Part shown: piece after piece, positions 1-7,897 of the stretch
How positions within the stretch are numbered: the stretch's first letter is position 1
Layout of the letters: every line of letters begins with the position of its first letter
DNA from: an uncultured Atopobium sp.
GTDB taxonomy: Bacteria; Actinomycetota; Coriobacteriia; Coriobacteriales; Atopobiaceae
Direction of reading: 5' to 3'
Length of the DNA: 64,000 nt
Assembly (NCBI GenBank): GCA_938036925.1
Contig: CALHVU010000052.1
Span: 893 to 64,892, forward strand
Program-made: the position numbers and the translations under genes
The notes under the pieces: generated by a model
What the model saw: the letters and a program-made list of their open reading frames with translations, nothing else
Databases searched by the model: none
Told to the model about the DNA's origin: nothing

Positions 1-1
1 A

Positions 2-772
2 TTTTCCCTGCTTGTGTTGTTGTTCTTATGCGCGCTCATCACGCTTGTAGTTCAGAAGGTTAACAAGAAATACTGGAACGTTCATAACGTTTCGTATGAT
101 ATTCCTAGGCTTTCGTCCAATACACTGCTTGCGATTGTGCTACTCACCCTCGTAGTGGCGCTGAGAAGCTATGTCGGCATGGTTATGGCATTTCCTTGGA
201 AGAGCGAGATGCTCTTACTGGTATTAAGCATCCTTGGCGTATTTGCAGGTAAAGCTCTTGGTGGAGTGGTTGCTGATCGTATTGGCTTCAGGACTACAGC
301 TATCTCCTCGCTCATTGCTGCAGCTACTTTATTTGCGCCCTCATGGGAGATGCCGGTTATGGGCCTTCTGGGTGTATTTTTCTTCAACTTTACTATGTCC
401 ATTACGCTGGCATCTCTGGCAAATATCTTTCCTAACGCAAAAGGCACTGCGTTTGGGCTGGCTAGTTTCTCTCTAGCTGTTGGTGCGCTGCCTGCACTTT
501 TGGGATTCCGAATTGAGCACCCATTGATGCTCTCTGCTATGAGTTTGGTCTCGGCACTTGCGTTGGGCGTAGGTCTTACGTTAGTCAAAGATTCCGTGGC
601 TACAGGGCCATTTGGTCATGAGCGTATGTTCCAGGCGGCACAAGTTGTTGAGGCTGTAGAGGAAGATGTTCTAATCGCAGAGCCATCTGATCAGGTTGAT
701 GAGCTTGCGGTTCAAGACGAGTGTGTGGCTGAAGACTATCTTGTGGCTGAAGACAAACAAGCAGAAGGCTAA
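2..772 (+). CDS. Membrane transporter, MFS-like C-terminal half; 5' end lies outside the window
   Basis: Frame is open from the window edge to the stop at 770-772. Several hydrophobic spans, a GKALGGVVADRIGFR loop typical of MFS inter-helix loops, and an acidic tail. Confidence 0.6.
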   Translation, partial: FSLLVLLFLCALITLVVQKVNKKYWNVHNVSYDIPRLSSNTLLAIVLLTLVVALRSYVGMVMAFPWKSEMLLLVLSILGVFAGKALGGVVADRIGFRTTAISSLIAAATLFAPSWEMPVMGLLGVFFFNFTMSITLASLANIFPNAKGTAFGLASFSLAVGALPALLGFRIEHPLMLSAMSLVSALALGVGLTLVKDSVATGPFGHERMFQAAQVVEAVEEDVLIAEPSDQVDELAVQDECVAEDYLVAEDKQAEG

Positions 773-776
773 TGGC

Positions 777-1154
777 ATGGACGACCAAATATTTTTGTTG
801 CCGTATTTGATTACCATTATTCCAATATTTGCGTTTTGTCTGATTCTGACTATTACTGTTGAGCTTATTGTCGCAAAATCGCTGGGCGTTAAAGACAATC
901 AAGCGCTGTTGATTGTTGTTGCTGCTCAAGTGCTTACTAATCCAATTGCCGTTTTTATCACAAGCGCCCTTGTTGATGTGGTTGCTAACGACGTTCAGTA
1001 CTGGGCGTGCGTCATAACTGTTGAGCTGGTTGTTATTGCTGTCGAAGGTCTCATTTACAAGGTAAAAAGAGTAAGCAACACCCCATGGACTCTTTCAATC
1101 TTGGCCAACCTTGCGTCAGTAACCGTAGGTATTCTCGTTCAAACACTTATATAA
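777..1154 (+). CDS. Hypothetical small membrane protein (125 aa)
   Basis: ATG at 777 lies 5 nt after the upstream stop. About 4 hydrophobic spans; no family recognised. The longer ORF from 696 overlaps the upstream gene. Confidence 0.55.
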   Translation: MDDQIFLLPYLITIIPIFAFCLILTITVELIVAKSLGVKDNQALLIVVAAQVLTNPIAVFITSALVDVVANDVQYWACVITVELVVIAVEGLIYKVKRVSNTPWTLSILANLASVTVGILVQTLI

Positions 1155-1160
1155 AAATTT

Positions 1161-1196
1161 GGCGAGAAACCCTTTGAATAGAAGGGGTTTCTCGCC
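1161..1196. terminator. Bidirectional hairpin built from an inverted pair of the GGCGAGAAACCC word
   Basis: GGCGAGAAACCC at 1161-1172 and GGGTTTCTCGCC at 1185-1196 give a 12-13 bp stem. A/T runs flank both sides. It sits between convergent gene ends. Confidence 0.7.
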
Positions 1197-1225
1197 AAAC
1201 TTGGGTGATTATTTGAGTTGAAGCC

Positions 1226-1366
1226 TTAATGAACCATCGCAATAAGAAGAGCTCCGACCATAAGACCAATGGATGTTCTGAGAGCCGCTGAGGCTTGCCT
1301 GTGCAAGAGCTTTTGCGCGCGGGTTGCGTGCGTGAGCTGGGCTTCTGAAGTGTTGAGTGTACGCAT
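1226..1366 (-). CDS. Small ORF (46 aa), tail-anchored membrane peptide, last gene of the metal ABC operon
   Basis: Absent from the ORF track (<60 aa). ATG at 1366 has GAAAGGAGG 4 nt upstream and lies 13 nt after the permease stop. Peptide: MRTLNTSEAQLTHATRAQKLLHRQASAALRTSIGLMVGALLIAMVH. The hairpin at 1161-1196 follows it. Confidence 0.5.
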   Translation of the reverse strand: MRTLNTSEAQLTHATRAQKLLHRQASAALRTSIGLMVGALLIAMVH

Positions 1367-1379
1367 TGGTCCTCCTTTC

Positions 1380-2216
1380 TTAGTTCTTGTCTAGTATATG
1401 CATAAAAGTAAGCTTTGGTAAACTCTTTAGTATAAAAATGATACAAAAAACCACGCCGAGGGTGAGTCCAATCATTCCTCCAGAAGAGGCATCTAAGTAA
1501 TAACTGCCTGTTATTCCAATCAAAACGCTAATCGTGGCAATAAGCGGAGAAATCCAGAGCATATGCCGCATCTGATTGGTAAGAAGCCTTGCGCAGGCAC
1601 CCGGAACAATAAGCAGCGAGACTGACAAAATGACGCCAACTGCCTGGAGCGATATGACAATTGCGAGGGCTAGGGCAACAAGCAAGAATGAAGTGAGTGT
1701 TTTAGTAGAAAGACCGATTGCTTGAACCTGCGTTGGATCAAATGAAAGCAAGGTCAGGTCCTTGTTTTTAAGGATGAGCAGGATTGCAATGGGAAGGCCA
1801 ATACAAAGAACTTGCAGCATGTCGGGAGTAGTGACCCCCAAAAGGTTTCCAAAGAGTATGTGTGAGAGGTTAATTTGGCTTGGAACCTTGGATATGAGAA
1901 CTGTTCCTAGTGCAAAAAACGTTGTAAATACAATGCCGATAGCAGTATCGGGGCGCACAATTTGGCTCTTTTTGACTTGTCCGACCAACACCACGGTAAT
2001 GAGAGCAAATACCAGTGCTCCTACCAGATAGGGAAGCCCCAGCAGGTGAGCAATGACCACGCCCGGGAGAATAGAATGCGAGATGGCGTCGCCCATAAGC
2101 GACCAACCCATATGCGTAATCCAGCAGCTTAAAAGTCCGCAGACTATGGCGGTTGCAATTCCGGTGATGAGGGCTCGCTGCATGAATGCGTATTGGAGAA
2201 TGTCTACCTCAGGCAT
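1380..2216 (-). CDS. Metal (Mn/Zn/Fe) ABC transporter permease, ABC-3 (TroC/MntB/ZnuB) family
   Basis: Polytopic membrane protein starting MPEVDILQYAFMQRALITG. ATG at 2216 overlaps the ATPase stop by 8 nt. Operon context with an ATPase and a cluster-9 binding protein. Confidence 0.85.
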   Translation of the reverse strand: MPEVDILQYAFMQRALITGIATAIVCGLLSCWITHMGWSLMGDAISHSILPGVVIAHLLGLPYLVGALVFALITVVLVGQVKKSQIVRPDTAIGIVFTTFFALGTVLISKVPSQINLSHILFGNLLGVTTPDMLQVLCIGLPIAILLILKNKDLTLLSFDPTQVQAIGLSTKTLTSFLLVALALAIVISLQAVGVILSVSLLIVPGACARLLTNQMRHMLWISPLIATISVLIGITGSYYLDASSGGMIGLTLGVVFCIIFILKSLPKLTFMHILDKN

Positions 2217-2961
2217 GGAGCACCTCCTCAATGTGGGTATCTTCGGAAATACCAAGGTTCTGCAGGAGGGCATCTCCAGAAAGAATTTCTTTTGAAGAGC
2301 CCTGTGCGGTTATGGTTTTATTGATGACCAGGCAGAGCGGGAATTTTTGCTGAGCCAAATTGATGTCGTGAATTGAAACGAGCAATGTTTTGCCTTCTTT
2401 GCTGAGGTTATTGAGCTGTTCGGTGATGATAGCCTCAGAGCGAGCGTCTACTCCCGCAAACGGTTCGTCGAGAAATACCAGCTCAGCAGCTTGCGCTATT
2501 CCGCGTGCCACAAAAACACGCTTTCTTTGTCCGCCCGAGAGTTGGGCAAGTGGACGATCTGCAAGGTCGGCCAGGTTAACGCGTTCAAGCGCCTGGGCAA
2601 CCAGCTCTTTGTCCTGAGCGGAAGGTATGCGCATCCAACCCTGATGAACATATCTTCCCTGCATAACAACGTCTTTTACGAGCAGCGGAAACGTCGCGTC
2701 AATTGCCTCCGTTTGAGGAACGTAGGCTACTTTGCCCTGCTTGCGCGCCTGTGAAAGAGGTTGCTGACCCCAAGTAAGTGAACCCTCCCATGCGATGGTG
2801 TCCATCAGTGCTTTGAAGAGCGTAGATTTTCCGGCGCCATTGACGCCTACAAGTGCGCAAAGATCTCCTGTTGAGAGCGAGAAATTCACGTCATAAATGA
2901 CGGGTTTCTCGCGGTCTTTTTTCTCGTACCAGGCGCAAAGTTGCGAAACACAAAGATTCAT
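2209..2961 (-). CDS. Metal ABC transporter ATP-binding protein
   Basis: Walker A GVNGAGKST, signature LSGGQRKR, Walker B LVFLDEP. ATG at 2961 lies 7 nt after the binding-protein stop. Confidence 0.9.
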   Translation of the reverse strand: MNLCVSQLCAWYEKKDREKPVIYDVNFSLSTGDLCALVGVNGAGKSTLFKALMDTIAWEGSLTWGQQPLSQARKQGKVAYVPQTEAIDATFPLLVKDVVMQGRYVHQGWMRIPSAQDKELVAQALERVNLADLADRPLAQLSGGQRKRVFVARGIAQAAELVFLDEPFAGVDARSEAIITEQLNNLSKEGKTLLVSIHDINLAQQKFPLCLVINKTITAQGSSKEILSGDALLQNLGISEDTHIEEVLHA

Positions 2962-2968
2962 CGAACAA

Positions 2969-3991
2969 TTACCTTCCCATGAGACCAGATACGATTGCGT
3001 CTGCGTCGTGTTGCAGCAGGTCAAGATAGGTGGGCACGGGGCCGTCAGCTTCCGAGAGGGAGTCTACGTACAAGATGTTCTTCTCGTCAGTCTTGAGGAC
3101 AGCACCCGTCTCGTCGGCTACCTGCTGCATTGCCTTAGGACTGACCGTTGACTCACAGAACACCGCAGGAATTTGCTGCGCCTTTACAGTTTCGACGACT
3201 TTGGCAATCTGCTGCGGAGTGCCTTCATCAGCGGCGTTAACGGCCCAGAGGTAGAGTTCCTTCATGTTGGTGTCGCGGCACAGGTACGAGAACGCTCCCT
3301 CGCAGGTCACAAGCGTGCGCTGGCTCTCTGGCAGAGTGCTAAGCTCCTCAATCAGGTGAGAGGAGATGTTGTCGAGCTCCTTTTTGTATGCGTTGCCGTT
3401 GGCCTCGAAGTCCTTGGCGTGGTCAGGGACAAGGTTGCTTAGCGCGCGGACGATATTCTCGACGTAGATTTTGCCATTTGCGGGCGACATCCACGCATGC
3501 GGATTGGCCTGACCCTGGTAGTCACCCTCTGCGATGGGGATGGCGGTGATGCCTTCGCTGAGGTCAGCGCGCTGAGCAGGCGAGTCGTCGACGAAGCGCT
3601 CAAACCAGCGCTCAAGACCCAGGCCGTTGTTGAGGATGAGCTGGGCTTTCTGTGCGCGCTTGAGGTCGTCGGGTGTTGGCTCGTAGTCGTGGATCTCGGC
3701 GCCGGCCTTGGTGATGGACTCTACCTGGCAGAACTCTCCCGCAACGCGAGAAGCCATGTCTTGGATGACGGTAAAAGTGGTCAAAACAAGGGGAGCCGAG
3801 GAGTTTGGGTTTTGCGCGGTGCTTGAGCTGGTAGCAGAATCGCGTGGGCCACACGCGGCGAGAGAAGCGATGGCTGCTGCGGAACTTGCGCCGAGCAAGG
3901 TGAGCACTGACCTGCGGGATAGGAGAGGGTTGCAGGTGAGGCGCGATTGTGGGTTTGCGACTGTCGAGATATGCGTGCAGCGATGTTTCAT
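2969..3991 (-). CDS. Metal ABC substrate-binding lipoprotein (TroA/PsaA/ZnuA cluster-9 type)
   Basis: Signal peptide with lipobox LAAC. ATG at 3991 is preceded by GAAGGAAG. First gene of the operon. Confidence 0.85.
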   Translation of the reverse strand: MKHRCTHISTVANPQSRLTCNPLLSRRSVLTLLGASSAAAIASLAACGPRDSATSSSTAQNPNSSAPLVLTTFTVIQDMASRVAGEFCQVESITKAGAEIHDYEPTPDDLKRAQKAQLILNNGLGLERWFERFVDDSPAQRADLSEGITAIPIAEGDYQGQANPHAWMSPANGKIYVENIVRALSNLVPDHAKDFEANGNAYKKELDNISSHLIEELSTLPESQRTLVTCEGAFSYLCRDTNMKELYLWAVNAADEGTPQQIAKVVETVKAQQIPAVFCESTVSPKAMQQVADETGAVLKTDEKNILYVDSLSEADGPVPTYLDLLQHDADAIVSGLMGR

Positions 3992-4120
3992 AGCGACTTC
4001 CTTCAAAGAGTTGAGAGCAGGTAGTTACGGGACTGAAAGCAAGAAACTGATAGCGTGAAGCCAAGAGTTAGGAGTTTTGGAGCTACGAGCTCAACGGGTT
4101 TCTCTCCCTATTGTATTCCT

Positions 4121-4144
4121 AAAAGTTAGCTTTGTCTAACTTTT
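4121..4144. promoter_or_regulatory. Candidate metalloregulator operator (DtxR/MntR-type inverted repeat)
   Basis: AAAAGTTAG-CTTTGT-CTAACTTTT: perfect 9-bp arms, about 130 bp upstream of the binding-protein start, in the divergent promoter region. Confidence 0.45.
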
Positions 4145-4373
4145 GAAATTTACGAGGAAAGAAAAAGGGTTAGATTTGCAGACAAATGTCCAAAAGATTG
4201 AACATGAAATTTAATGTGTCATTTATGTCGCATTTTAAGCAAATTATTTTCCTTTGGCTTATTTACCATAGGATTTGTGAAACAAAAATAATTTTTCTAT
4301 AGCAAATTATGTGAATATGGCTAGAATTTATTTTGTTTCCTAATGGTTTGTGCTCGTTAAAAAAGGAGAGAGC

Positions 4374-5126
4374 ATGGCATTCGATTTTACAGGTAAGCTG
4401 GTTCTGGTTACAGGCGGAAGCGCTGGTATTGGCGCTGAGATCTCCAAGGGTATTGTTGCTGGAGGTGGACATGTAATCGTTTGCTCTCGTCACGAGGACA
4501 CTGGCCGCAAGTTTGTCGAGGAGCTCGGCGAGGGTAACTTCTTCTACACAATGGACATTGCAGATGCCGAGGGCGTCAAGAAGACCGTTGCTCAGATTCT
4601 TGAGGAGTGCGGCGACGTCAACGTTCTTATCAACTGCGCTGGTCGCATCAGCTCCGTTCCTTTCACCGAGGTTGACGACAAAGAGTGGAACAACACTATC
4701 AACACCAACCTCACCGGTACCTACAACGTAACTCACGCTCTCTGGCAGCACTTCATTGATCGTGGTGGCGCTCGCATTGTCAACGTTTCTTCCGTTGCAG
4801 GCAAGATTGGCGGCGGCCTGCTTGGCACCGTTGCTTACGCTGCTTCCAAGGCTGGTGTTAACGGATTCACCAAGGCTATCGCTAAAGAGGGCGGTAAGTA
4901 CGGCATCTCTTGTAACGCTGTCTGCCCATCCTTCACCATTACTGGTATGACCACTGCACTTTCCAACGATCCTGAGAAGTACAACAAGGTCATCAGCATC
5001 ATTCCTTTGGGCCGTCCTGCTCAGCCATCTGAGCCAGCTCAGATGATTCTGTTCTTTGCTTCCGACGCTGCTAGCTTCGTCAACGGTGAGATTGGCGACT
5101 GCGACGGCGGCATCGTAATGGACTAG
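4374..5126 (+). CDS. SDR-family oxidoreductase
   Basis: TGGSAGIG Rossmann motif and YAASK catalytic motif. AAGGAGAG RBS lies before the ATG at 4374. Confidence 0.9.
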   Translation: MAFDFTGKLVLVTGGSAGIGAEISKGIVAGGGHVIVCSRHEDTGRKFVEELGEGNFFYTMDIADAEGVKKTVAQILEECGDVNVLINCAGRISSVPFTEVDDKEWNNTINTNLTGTYNVTHALWQHFIDRGGARIVNVSSVAGKIGGGLLGTVAYAASKAGVNGFTKAIAKEGGKYGISCNAVCPSFTITGMTTALSNDPEKYNKVISIIPLGRPAQPSEPAQMILFFASDAASFVNGEIGDCDGGIVMD

Positions 5127-5135
5127 GTGGAGTAC

Positions 5136-6131
5136 ATGGCTGAAAAAGAACCAATCTCCATCCAGCACCCATTTAAGGCTCTGGGCCGCATTCCAGGTGC
5201 AAACATCCTGGTACCACTGCTTCTTGGCGTTTTCATGAACACAGTTTTTCCAGACGTTTTTCCAACGCTTGGTAGCTTTACTGCCGCAATGACCGTTAAG
5301 GGTACTGCTGCTCTGGTTGGCGCTTTCATGTTATGTGTTGGTGCAACAATTTCGTTCAAGAGCGCACCTAAGGCTGCACTTCGCGGTGCAATCATCATTA
5401 TTTCTAAGGTAATCTTCTGCGTTGCTCTTGGTCTGGCCGTTTTGTTCTTCTTGAACGACAACCTGCTTGGCCTGTCTTCTATGGTTATCCTTGCTGCTTG
5501 CTCTGGTGCAAACAACTCCATGTATGCAGGCCTGATGGCTGATTATGGCAACGAGTATGAGCAGGGTGCAGTTGCAATTACTACGCTGGTAGTTGGCCCT
5601 CCAGTTACCATGCTTGCTCTTGGTGCAACTGGTCAGTCTCCAATTAACTGGTCTTTGCTTGGTGCGGTTCTGCCAATTATTATTGGTATTCTGCTTGGCA
5701 ACTTCTTCCCATCCATGAAGAAGATGCTGACCAGCGCGCTGCCAGCTATTATTGTAATGACCTTCTTTGCTATGGGAACTACTATGAAGTTTGATTCCCT
5801 CATCATGGCTGGTCCTGCAGGCATTCTGCTTGGTGTTATCTGCTCCGTTTGCGGTGGCTTTATCAACTACTTTGTTGATCGTGCAACTGGCGGAAGTGGT
5901 ATTGCTGGTGTTGCTATTTCTTCCTGTGCAGGTGCAAATGCACTTACACCTGCTGCTATGGCAGAGGCTAACCCAGCCCTGTATGGCGGTGCTGTTCTTG
6001 CAACAGCAAACGCACAGGTAGCAGCTGCAGTTATCGTTACTGCAATCCTGACACCACTGATTACTGGTTATGTCGCTGAGCACTTTGCTAAGAAAGACAA
6101 CACTTCAGAGAAAGTTGTTGAGGCTGCTTAA
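5136..6131 (+). CDS. kdgT: 2-keto-3-deoxygluconate permease (KdgT) family transporter
   Basis: N-terminus ...LGRIPGANILVPLLLGVFMNT and a polytopic profile resemble KdgT. ATG at 5136 follows GGTGGAG, 10 nt after the SDR stop. Confidence 0.7.
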   Translation: MAEKEPISIQHPFKALGRIPGANILVPLLLGVFMNTVFPDVFPTLGSFTAAMTVKGTAALVGAFMLCVGATISFKSAPKAALRGAIIIISKVIFCVALGLAVLFFLNDNLLGLSSMVILAACSGANNSMYAGLMADYGNEYEQGAVAITTLVVGPPVTMLALGATGQSPINWSLLGAVLPIIIGILLGNFFPSMKKMLTSALPAIIVMTFFAMGTTMKFDSLIMAGPAGILLGVICSVCGGFINYFVDRATGGSGIAGVAISSCAGANALTPAAMAEANPALYGGAVLATANAQVAAAVIVTAILTPLITGYVAEHFAKKDNTSEKVVEAA

Positions 6132-6152
6132 CAAGTTCTACAGTTCAAGCAC

Positions 6153-6187
6153 AAAATCCCAGCACCTAGCGGTGCTGGGATTTTTTG
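6153..6187 (+). terminator. Rho-independent terminator of the SDR-kdgT unit
   Basis: AAAATCCCAGCACC-TAGC-GGTGCTGGGATTTT followed by additional T residues. Confidence 0.85.
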
Positions 6188-6305
6188 TGCTGCGAAGCAG
6201 CACTGGTTTCGCGCAAGAGTTGCTCGAAGAATGGCAATAGACGGCTGATAGGGGGGGCGGTGGATGCAGAGATCCTTCGCGAATCACTCGAATAAGTCTC
6301 CAAGT

Positions 6306-6453
6306 GGTAAAAAATGCGTTTAGTTGGAGATTTCATTTTTCTGCATACAGTGTTTGCCCAGATAAAAGTTTTTGAGGAGGTAAAAAATCGTCTTAGTTGG
6401 AGATAAAACGTCTAATTTTTAATTTTCATTTCCAACTAAACGGCTTTTTTACC
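6306..6453. repeat. Structured intergenic element: two 25-nt direct repeats plus one inverted copy
   Basis: GGTAAAAAATGCGTTTAGTTGGAGA at 6306-6330, GGTAAAAAATCGTCTTAGTTGGAGA at 6379-6403, and the inverted TTTCCAACTAAACGGCTTTTTTACC at 6429-6453 followed by TTTTT. Confidence 0.8.
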
Positions 6454-6523
6454 TTTTTCGGCACATAATTTTGAGCTCAAAAATTACGTATTCACAGGAA
6501 TGCATTTTATGACATGATTATGC

Positions 6524-6554
6524 AAAAGGGGTCAGAACAAAACGTTCTGACCCC
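6524..6554 (-). terminator. Rho-independent terminator of the AraC-family gene
   Basis: GGGGTCAGAAC-loop-GTTCTGACCCC, with a T-run on the minus strand. Confidence 0.8.
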
Positions 6555-6644
6555 TCGAGTTGCAATAAAACTTGCGATCAGCTTTGCCATAAGTAATTGG
6601 GTGCGTAATTTCTACATGCAGTAACTGGCAATATCAAGCAGCAG

Positions 6645-7454
6645 TTACTTAATCAGGACATTTCCTTCATAGCTGTCATGAACATCTTGAGGCGTGACGC
6701 CCATGTGCTTCTTATATAGTCGGCTGAAATAGAACGGATCGCTATAGCCAACTGCCTCGGAAGTCTCTCGCACAGAAAGACCAGATTGAAGTAGCTGTTG
6801 AGCATGATCAAGACGCTTTGCAATAATGAATGTCATTGGGCGAACGCCAAATGTTTGGACAAAATTGTTGGAGAAACGTTGAGTGCTCATTCCGCAACGT
6901 TTAGCCAGGCCAGGGATGGTAATTGGATCTGCAAAGTGGAGCTCAATGTACGTGCGAGCCTCAGCCATGCTCTCCTGAACCTTTTGGCTGTTGGTGAGTA
7001 GGAACATAGACTTGATGAGCTCGGTGCCATTGACAATCTGAGCAACACGATTGTCCAGCGATGGGGTGGTGTTAAGTTTTTCCAGGTCAAGCACCTTATC
7101 AAGAATGCGGTCGAATCCTTGAGGATCAAATGCATAGGCATTGAAGATTGGGCTGGTGACATCGCCCTGAATGCCATCATAGTAGATGTTTACATGGTCA
7201 AACGAGCGTCCGTAAAGGGTTCGATATGTTACTGTCTGACCTGCAGGAACATGTACAACCGTAGTTCCTTCGCAGACAAATTCATTTCCACCAATAGTAA
7301 TCTCGGCAGCTCCAAAAACAGGAATGATGAAAACAGAATGAGCAAGCGAAAAGGTAACTTGGGAGTCAGCAATCTTCTGTTGGCGGTTGATCGAAAACAC
7401 ACTATACGTCTGCCGCGAATAGGTCTCTTTTAGCTCCTGCAGATTAGCCTGCAT
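6645..7454 (-). CDS. AraC-family transcriptional regulator (cupin-like sensor plus HTH)
   Basis: C-terminal AraC HTH (GYSDPFYFSRLYKKHMGVTP). GAGGAG RBS before the ATG at 7454. Confidence 0.9.
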   Translation of the reverse strand: MQANLQELKETYSRQTYSVFSINRQQKIADSQVTFSLAHSVFIIPVFGAAEITIGGNEFVCEGTTVVHVPAGQTVTYRTLYGRSFDHVNIYYDGIQGDVTSPIFNAYAFDPQGFDRILDKVLDLEKLNTTPSLDNRVAQIVNGTELIKSMFLLTNSQKVQESMAEARTYIELHFADPITIPGLAKRCGMSTQRFSNNFVQTFGVRPMTFIIAKRLDHAQQLLQSGLSVRETSEAVGYSDPFYFSRLYKKHMGVTPQDVHDSYEGNVLIK

Positions 7455-7897
7455 AGAATCTCCTCATTTCAAAAGCGCTCTAATGCGCCGAATATTAAAA
7501 ATAACATGGAGAGTATTTTAGCCAGCAGAACCGCGATTGCAACCCCAAAATCAAATAAAATGCCATTTCAGGGGTTAAATTTTGATTAACGAGAAAGACA
7601 ATTGCCTACGTAACTTTTATAGAATGATTTTAAAAAGAACAATTTATGAATAAATTTTGTCCATTCAAATTAAAGATTTTACGTTTTGATTGTTCGCTTT
7701 AAACTGCCGATAAATAGCGTTTTTTGATACCATAAATTAGTTATGCACAAATGGTTTCTTCAGGTTAACTTTAGATACTACAAACTTCTTTGAGATGTCG
7801 TAGCTTTCTTTTAGTTTTCATGAATTCCATTGGTTTTGCAGGTTTTAGGTTTAGGTTTTATTGGCTTCTGTAGAGGTTTCTCGTAGAAGGTTTGTAT

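Noticed and set aside
4263-5168. Long antisense ORFs opposite well-supported genes. Examples: 4263-5168, 5331-6083, 9158-9982, 22072-22872, 23553-24389, 25723-26562, 34333-35070, 46458-47021, 46876-47493, 53939-54547.
   Set aside because: Each lies fully inside a gene with clear family motifs on the other strand. They lack RBSs and have low-complexity or odd composition, which is typical of shadow ORFs.
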